This document shows, one piece after another, positions 1 to 4,975 of a stretch of DNA of 33,728 nucleotides. The stretch covers positions 1-33,728 of the forward strand of contig SCVU01000203.1 of the NCBI GenBank assembly GCA_004296785.1, written 5' to 3'. Source of the DNA: Planctomycetota bacterium. Lineage in GTDB: Bacteria > Planctomycetota > UBA1135 > GCA-002686595. The notes below the pieces were generated by a model. The model was not told the origin of the DNA, made no database searches, and saw nothing but the letters and a program-made list of their open reading frames with translations. The position numbers and the translations under genes were made by a program. Position 1 is the stretch's first letter; each line of letters starts with the position of its first letter.

Positions 1-13
1 GCTCTTCCGATCT
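1..13. other. Residual Illumina adapter tail (GCTCTTCCGATCT) at the contig edge
   Basis: Bases 1-13 read gctcttccgatct, identical to the 3'-terminal 13 nt common to Illumina TruSeq read adapters. It sits exactly at the window start. Confidence 0.8.
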
Positions 14-1538
14 GGCCGTTTGGTTGCTCGCGCCGCCCGACGCGCGCGCGTACTCGCTGATCGGCGGCTCGCTGTCGACGTCGCAGCGCGACGTGCGCGT
101 GTTCGACAACTTCAGCGATGCGGCGGCCAACGACAACACGACGCCGAGCCCGAGCTTCCCCGGCGCATTGGGCGCCGAGCTCGCGATCTGGAAGGCCGTC
201 GTCGAGTGGCAGAGCGAGCTGCACGGCGGCGGCTACGGCGATCCGACGCAGGTCGGCGGACTCGGCTCGGGCGGCGCGAACTTCGATCCGAGCTGGCAGG
301 GCAACGCCGCGTCCGTCGGCAGCCCGAACGACAACGTGCACTCGGAGGAGTCGGGGTCCGACAGCGGCGTGCTCGCCTACTGCGAGACGCCGATCAGCGA
401 CGGCTGGCGCATCCGCTACTACTCGGTCTGGACGTGGGCCGACGGCCCCGACGCGGGCTTCGGCGGCACCGATCTGCAGGGCATCGCGTGCCACGAGTAC
501 GGCCACGCGCTCGGCCTCGGCCACTCGAACGACCTCACCGGCGCGACGATGTTCCCGTCCATCGGCGGCAACGGCTCGCTGACGCGCTCGATCGAGCCCG
601 ACGACATCGCGGGGATCAAGGCGATCTACGGCGTGAAGAGCGCGTCCAAGCCGCGCATCGCATCGACGCAGGTCACGGGCGCGACGCTCGTGATCAACGG
701 CGCGAACTTCACGTCGACCGGCAACGAGGTGTGGTTCACGCGCGCCGGCGGCAACACGACCGGCGAGCCGGTCAAGGTCACCGGCCTCGCGTCGACCAAC
801 GGCGGCACGAAGCTCACGTTGACGATTCCGGCGACGGCGGGCGACGGCGACGTGCTAGTCAAGAAGAACGCGTCGGGCGGCTCGTCGCTGTCGAACGCGT
901 TCCCGTTCGACAGGGAAGGCGGGCCGCTGGTCGGCGGACCGCAGCTGTCGAGCGTGACGCCGTCGAGCGTCCCGGTGCTCGCGCTGCCAGCGAGCACGTT
1001 CCAGATCGGCGGGACCGGCCTGTCGAGCACGTCGAGCGTCACCGTCGGCGGCGTCGCCGCGAGCTTCACGAAGCAGGGCGACACCGGCCTGACGATCGAG
1101 GTGCCGCTGCTCGGCGCGCTCGGCGCGGTGAGCGTCGTCGTGACGAACCAGGAAGGTCCGGCGACGACGACGCTCGGCATCGTCGCGCCGACCGCGCCGG
1201 TGCTGTTGCTCGATCCGCCGCTGATGCTCAACGGGCAGACGCTGACCGCGACGCTGGGCGCGGGCGTCGGCGACATCGTCTACCTGTGCGCGTCGACGAC
1301 GTTCGCGCCGACGGTCGTGCCGGGCATCCTGTCGCTCGACATCGGCGGAGGCATCGGCGGCATCACGGTGCTGTCGACGAAGCTGATCCCCGCGAAGGGC
1401 TGGACGACGTTCACGTCGCCGACCCTCGGGATGCCGGCCGGCACGTCGGTCTACGGACAGCTCGCGGTGTTCTCGGCCGCCAACCCGGGGCTCCCGCTCG
1501 GCTCGAGCAACTTCCAGTCGACGCTGGTCGTGTTCTAG
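3..1538 (+). CDS. Matrixin-like (M10A-type metzincin) zinc protease, 5'-partial: catalytic domain + two IPT/TIG-like domains + shared C-terminal module
   Basis: The reading frame is open to the window edge; the listed ORF 24..1538 merely begins at a TTG. HEYGHALGLGHS (nt 492-527) is HExxHxxGxxH followed by the matrixin-diagnostic Ser. A Met-turn ATMFP lies a few residues downstream. Two ~85-aa Ig-like repeats follow (..VTGATLVINGANF.., ..FQIGGTGLSSTSSVTVGG..), then a 115-aa C-terminal module (nt 1191-1535). The signal peptide is missing because the N-terminus is cut by the contig end. Confidence 0.85.
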   Translation, partial: SSDLAVWLLAPPDARAYSLIGGSLSTSQRDVRVFDNFSDAAANDNTTPSPSFPGALGAELAIWKAVVEWQSELHGGGYGDPTQVGGLGSGGANFDPSWQGNAASVGSPNDNVHSEESGSDSGVLAYCETPISDGWRIRYYSVWTWADGPDAGFGGTDLQGIACHEYGHALGLGHSNDLTGATMFPSIGGNGSLTRSIEPDDIAGIKAIYGVKSASKPRIASTQVTGATLVINGANFTSTGNEVWFTRAGGNTTGEPVKVTGLASTNGGTKLTLTIPATAGDGDVLVKKNASGGSSLSNAFPFDREGGPLVGGPQLSSVTPSSVPVLALPASTFQIGGTGLSSTSSVTVGGVAASFTKQGDTGLTIEVPLLGALGAVSVVVTNQEGPATTTLGIVAPTAPVLLLDPPLMLNGQTLTATLGAGVGDIVYLCASTTFAPTVVPGILSLDIGGGIGGITVLSTKLIPAKGWTTFTSPTLGMPAGTSVYGQLAVFSAANPGLPLGSSNFQSTLVVF

Positions 1539-1539
1539 T

Positions 1540-1559
1540 CGCCGCGCTCGCCCGCGGCG
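1540..1559. terminator. GC-rich hairpin between convergent stop codons (possible bidirectional terminator)
   Basis: cgccgcg (1540-1546) pairs with cgcggcg (1553-1559), giving a 7-bp stem and 6-nt loop in the 28-nt gap between the stops at 1538 and 1567. There is no U-tract. Confidence 0.3.
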
Positions 1560-1566
1560 CAACAGC

Positions 1567-2256
1567 TCAGCGCCTGCCGAACAGCGGCAGCAGCGTGTCC
1601 TTCACGCGGCCGTACAACTGCGCGGTCGCGCGCACGTCGCGCAGACAGTACTCGCCGATCTCGTCGATGCGGCCCTCGCGGTACGCGCGCGAGACCTGGC
1701 TGCCGTCGAGGCCTCCCTTCGGGCTCTCGATGTCGAAGCGCCGGCACCAGTAGTCGAGCTTGTAGCTCTCGCGCACGCTGCCCTGGAAGTTGAACACCTC
1801 CATCAGGTCGACGTGCGTGCTCATGTCGTAGCGGTAGCCGCACAGGTTCATGCTCGGCGACAAGCCGTGCTGCGCCGAGCGGATCATCAGCATCGGGCCG
1901 TCGTAGCCACGGCCGTTGAACGTCACGACGCGCAGCCCGCCGCGGCCGACGATCTTCCAGAAGCGCTCGAGCAGCTCGGGCTCCGACCCGCGCATGACCT
2001 TCGAGTGCGGCACCTTCTCCCAGTCCTTCTCGGCCTCGCTCTCGCCCTCCAGCAGCAGCAGGCCGCGCTCGTCCTCGTACAGCCACATCCCGATCGCGAT
2101 GATCTTGCCGAGGCCCGGGAACAGCGCGGTCCGATCGGGCACCGACTTGCGGTCCGCCTCGTCGCGGGCGCGCGTCAGCAGGTAGCCGCGCGTGATCTCG
2201 TCGACCTCCTCCCAGTCGAAGCCGGCGACCTCGATGTCGAACACGATCGTCTTCAT
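1567..2256 (-). CDS. Stand-alone DEDDy 3'-5' exonuclease, PolB-exonuclease-like (RNase H fold)
   Basis: 229 aa. Exo I is VFDIEV, Exo II is TFNGRGYDGPML and Exo III is YCLRDVRAT, in the canonical order and spacing. GC3-rich coding pattern. Confidence 0.8.
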   Translation of the reverse strand: MKTIVFDIEVAGFDWEEVDEITRGYLLTRARDEADRKSVPDRTALFPGLGKIIAIGMWLYEDERGLLLLEGESEAEKDWEKVPHSKVMRGSEPELLERFWKIVGRGGLRVVTFNGRGYDGPMLMIRSAQHGLSPSMNLCGYRYDMSTHVDLMEVFNFQGSVRESYKLDYWCRRFDIESPKGGLDGSQVSRAYREGRIDEIGEYCLRDVRATAQLYGRVKDTLLPLFGRR

Positions 2257-2265
2257 GGCCCGCGT

Positions 2266-2271
2266 ACTCTA
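2266..2271 (-). promoter_or_regulatory. Candidate -10 element TAGAGT only 9 nt upstream of the exonuclease ATG (would imply a leaderless or near-leaderless mRNA)
   Basis: The minus strand reads gcccgcgcTAGAGTacgcgggccATG. It belongs to the same TAGAnn motif class seen upstream of four other minus-strand genes in this window. Confidence 0.3.
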
Positions 2272-2505
2272 GCGCGGGCGCCGCGGTGGAAATCCTTGCA
2301 TCTTGCAGGGGCCCGGAAGCTGGAGCATGATCGGGTCATCGTGCGATGCGCGCTGCAACAGCACCTCGGTGCCCGAGCTTCGACGAGTCGCTGCGACGCC
2401 CGGCGGGTGCGTCACCTGTCGAGCGATGGACTTCCGGGACGCCGGAAGCATCGGAGCCCGACGGCCGATCCTCTCGTGGTCGGCGGTTCGGGAAGGCCGT
2501 TTCTG

Positions 2506-2562
2506 AAAGGAGGTGGTCCTTCAATGACTACCGGTGACAGTTCTCGAGGGTTGCACTGCTAG
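2506..2562 (+). promoter_or_regulatory. Near-perfect Shine-Dalgarno (AAAGGAGGTG) plus 12-codon mini-ORF MTTGDSSRGLHC (candidate leader peptide or part of an sRNA)
   Basis: aaaggaggtg lies at 2506-2515, the ATG at 2524 and the TAG at 2560-2562. This is the strongest SD in the window. Codons are AT3-rich (act, ggt, agt, tct, cga, ttg), unlike the real genes here. The stop codon lies inside the hairpin at 2548-2602. Confidence 0.25.
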
Positions 2563-2602
2563 ACCCGTGCTCCTGACGGGGATGCACGCAGAGTGCAATC
2601 CC
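2548..2602 (+). other. Nested imperfect RNA hairpin
   Basis: The outer arms gggttgcact (2548-2557) and agtgcaa(t)ccc (2592-2602) form 10 bp with a 1-nt bulge. The inner stem cccgt (2564-2568) / acggg (2576-2580) encloses the 7-nt loop gctcctg. Confidence 0.35.
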
Positions 2603-2612
2603 AACTCACCAT

Positions 2613-2656
2613 CGCTCGGCGCTCGCGTCACTGACGCCCGCGCCGAGCGTCTTTTT
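2613..2656 (+). terminator. Intrinsic-terminator-like hairpin T1 followed by TCTTTTT
   Basis: cgctcggcgc (2613-2622) pairs with gcgccgagcg (2640-2649) for 10 bp. An inner stem gcgtc/gacgc (2625-2629 / 2633-2637) sits within it. A T-run follows at 2652-2656. Confidence 0.5.
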
Positions 2657-2814
2657 CGGAGCGAAGGATCACCGCGACGCGATCGCGCGCTCACGAGCGC
2701 CGAGCCGAATCAGGTCCTGCGGACGGCGAGGGCGCCCGCGTCACCTGACGCCCGCGCCGAGCGTCTTTTTCGGAGCGCAGCGTCGCCGCGATGCGAGCGA
2801 GTCACCACGAGCGG
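2625..2814 (+). repeat. Imperfect tandem duplication (period ~113 nt) carrying both terminator-like hairpins
   Basis: gcgtcac(c)tgacgcccgcgccgagcgtctttttcggagcg occurs at 2625-2663 and 2738-2777 and is identical except for one inserted c. Weaker similarity continues to ..tcac(ca)cgagcg.. (about 2699 and 2814). The duplication shows in frame translation as DARAERLFRS..SPR..TS twice. Confidence 0.75.
2731..2770 (+). terminator. Intrinsic-terminator-like hairpin T2 (degenerate copy of T1) followed by TTTTT
   Basis: ggcgc-cc-gcgtca-cc-tgacgc-cc-gcgcc (2731-2758) forms 11 bp with a 2x2 internal loop. A T5 run lies at 2766-2770, 7 nt after the stem. Confidence 0.4.
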
Positions 2815-2850
2815 CGACCGCCTCGTCTCCTTTTCAGACAATCCGCGCAC

Positions 2851-2879
2851 TTGACTCGCACTCGCGCGAGTTGTTGAGT
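2851..2879 (+). promoter_or_regulatory. Sigma70-like promoter candidate TTGACT-17nt-TTGAGT upstream of the EBD-PAS-GGDEF-EAL gene
   Basis: TTGACT lies at 2851-2856 (5/6 match to TTGACA), followed by a 17-nt spacer and TTGAGT at 2874-2879 (3/6 match to TATAAT, preceded by TG). It is 62 nt upstream of the ATG at 2942 and downstream of T2. Confidence 0.35.
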
Positions 2880-2941
2880 CCGAGCGTGTCCCCCATCGCG
2901 CGTCGCTCGACGCGCTCGCTCGCAATCGAGAGGAAGCCTCC

Positions 2942-4975
2942 ATGCTCGATTTCCTCGGCGGCCTGTTCGACACCTCGGGTTTCATGGCGCGCTGGAACTG
3001 CGGCGAGTGGAGCGCCGCGCACGGCTGGACGCACGTCGCGGCGGACCTCCTGACCTGGTCCGCGTACACCGCGATCCCGATCGTGCTGCTGTTCTACGTG
3101 CGCAAGCGCCGCGACGTGCAGTTCCACAGCGTGTTCCTGCTCTTCGGCGCGTTCATCTTCTCGTGCGGCACCGTGCACCTCGTCGAGTCGACGCTTTTCT
3201 GGCAGCCGTGGTACCGACTGTCCGCGCTGACCAAGGTCGCGACCGCGATCCTCTCGTGGGGCACCGTGTTCGCGCTGATCCGCCTGACGCCGGGCGCGCT
3301 GCGACTGCCGAGCATGGCGCAGCTGTCCGCGCTCGTCGAAGCCTCCGGCGACGCCGTCGTCGGCATGGACTTGAATGGGCGCATCAGCGTGTGGAACTCC
3401 GGCGCGGTCGCGCTGCACGGCCGTGATTCCGACGCGATGATCGGCAGCGACGTGCGCGCGCTCGTGCCGCCGGAGCACCGCGCCGAGTACGCCGACGCGC
3501 TCGCGCGCGTGCGCGAGGGCCAGGCGGTCCCGCCGTTCGACACGCAGCGCCTGCGCGCCGACGGCTCGCGCTTCGACGTGTCGCTGCGGTTGTCGCCGGT
3601 GCGCGACCGGCACGGCGCGGTCGTCGGCTGCGCGATGATCGAGCGCGACGCCACGAGCCGCAAGGAGGCCGAGCGCAAGCTGCAGCGGCTGGCGCGCGAG
3701 CTCGAGGAGGAAGCGCAGCAGGATCCGCTGACCGGTCTGCCCAACCGCCGCGCGATCGAGGCCGCGCTGGCGCGCGAGACTTCGCGCGCGCGCCGCAGCG
3801 GCAGCCACCTGCTCGCCGTGCTGCTCGATCTCGACGACTTCAAGCACATCAACGACACGCTCGGCCACGCGGTCGGCGACGTCGTGCTGCGCAACGCCGC
3901 GCGCCGCATGGCGGCGTGCCTGCGCACCGAGGACGTGCTCGCGCGCATCGGCGGCGACGAGTTCGTCGCGCTGCTGCCGGAGACGCGCCTGGCCGAGGGC
4001 CGCTGCGTCGCCGAGCGGCTGCGCCTGTCGGTGCGCGAGCAGCCGGTCGAGGCCTCCGGGCACGAGCTGCGGCTGTCGGCGAGCTTCGGGCTGACCGAAC
4101 TGCCGCACGACGTCGCGTCGATCGAGGAAGTGCTGACGCTGACGCGCGGCGCGCTCGCGCACAGCAAGGCACGCGGCAAGAACCGGCTCGCGTGGGTCGC
4201 CGGCGGCGGCCGGCTGTGCGACGACGCCGGCGGTCCGCCGCACGCGATCGACGCGCGCGAGCTCGCGCGATCGCTGCGCGTGCTCGCGCAGCCGCTGGTC
4301 GACCTGCGCCGCCGCGAGATCGTCGGTCAGGAGCTGCTCGTGCGCGGCCCGGCCGGTCCGTACGAGCGCCCGGACGACCTGTTCCGCTACAGCATCGAGA
4401 ACAACGCGCTGACCGCGGTCGACCTGTGCTGCATGCGCGCGTGCGTCGCCGCGTCGCGCCGGCTGCCGGTGCGCGGCCGCGTGCACCTGAACGCGTTCCC
4501 GAGCACGCTGCTCGTCACGCCGACCGAGCGGCTCGTCGAGCTGCTCGCGGCCGGCGGCTCGCCGTCGCGCTACTGCATCGAGATCAGCGAGCAGCAGTTC
4601 CTCGGCGATCCGGCGGCGCTGCGCTCGCGCCTGGCGGGCCTGCGCGCGAGCGGCATCGCGTTCGCGATCGACGACGTCGGCTTCGGCAAGAGCTCGCTCG
4701 AGGCGCTGATCGTGCTCGAGCCGGAGATCGTCAAGATCGACCGCAGCTTCGTGCACGGGATCGCGCGCGACGCGCAGCTCGCCGCGCGGCTCGAGCGGCT
4801 CTTGCGCACGGTGCAGGCGCTCGACAGCGAGATCGTCGCCGAGGGCCTCGAGGATCCGGCCGATCAGGACGTGCTGCTGCGACTGGGCGTGCGCGTCGCG
4901 CAGGGCTACGCGCTCGGCCGGCCGACCGAGATCGCGGACGAGGCGCTGACCGGGGACGGCGAGCTGCGCGCGTGA
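2942..4975 (+). CDS. Membrane sensor: ETR1-like ethylene-binding-domain homologue + PAS + GGDEF (diguanylate cyclase) + EAL (c-di-GMP phosphodiesterase)
   Basis: 677 aa. The N-terminal ~125 aa (3 TM helices) aligns by eye with plant ETR1: AADLL..AYTAIPIVLLFYVRKRR..FLLFGAFIFSCGTVHLVE..TKVATAILS versus ISDFF..AYFSIPLELIYFVKKSA..LVQFGAFIVLCGATHLIN..AKVLTAVVS. Cys75/His79 (nt 3164-3178) correspond to ETR1 Cys65/His69. GGDEF is intact (RIGGDEF, nt 3950-3964) and the RxxD I-site (RTED) has canonical spacing. The EAL domain has an ELL variant (nt 4331-4339) plus conserved N (NAFPS), EISE, DDVG, KID, EGLE and QGY. GAGAGGAAG lies 5 nt upstream of the ATG. Confidence 0.9.
   Translation: MLDFLGGLFDTSGFMARWNCGEWSAAHGWTHVAADLLTWSAYTAIPIVLLFYVRKRRDVQFHSVFLLFGAFIFSCGTVHLVESTLFWQPWYRLSALTKVATAILSWGTVFALIRLTPGALRLPSMAQLSALVEASGDAVVGMDLNGRISVWNSGAVALHGRDSDAMIGSDVRALVPPEHRAEYADALARVREGQAVPPFDTQRLRADGSRFDVSLRLSPVRDRHGAVVGCAMIERDATSRKEAERKLQRLARELEEEAQQDPLTGLPNRRAIEAALARETSRARRSGSHLLAVLLDLDDFKHINDTLGHAVGDVVLRNAARRMAACLRTEDVLARIGGDEFVALLPETRLAEGRCVAERLRLSVREQPVEASGHELRLSASFGLTELPHDVASIEEVLTLTRGALAHSKARGKNRLAWVAGGGRLCDDAGGPPHAIDARELARSLRVLAQPLVDLRRREIVGQELLVRGPAGPYERPDDLFRYSIENNALTAVDLCCMRACVAASRRLPVRGRVHLNAFPSTLLVTPTERLVELLAAGGSPSRYCIEISEQQFLGDPAALRSRLAGLRASGIAFAIDDVGFGKSSLEALIVLEPEIVKIDRSFVHGIARDAQLAARLERLLRTVQALDSEIVAEGLEDPADQDVLLRLGVRVAQGYALGRPTEIADEALTGDGELRA

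Noticed and set aside
2625-2777. CRISPR-like repeat-spacer pattern (39-40 nt repeat, 113-nt period)
   Set aside because: There are only two copies. The sequence between them is itself partly duplicated, so this is a tandem duplication rather than unique spacers. The repeats are terminator-like hairpins with T-runs, and no cas genes are nearby.
2257-2941. tmRNA, tRNA, RNase P RNA or a c-di-GMP riboswitch in the long intergenic region
   Set aside because: I could find no tRNA-like acceptor/T-arm with a CCA end, no tmRNA tag ORF or 3' tRNA-like domain, and no recognisable GEMM or RNase P core motifs by eye. I left it as an unclassified structured region.
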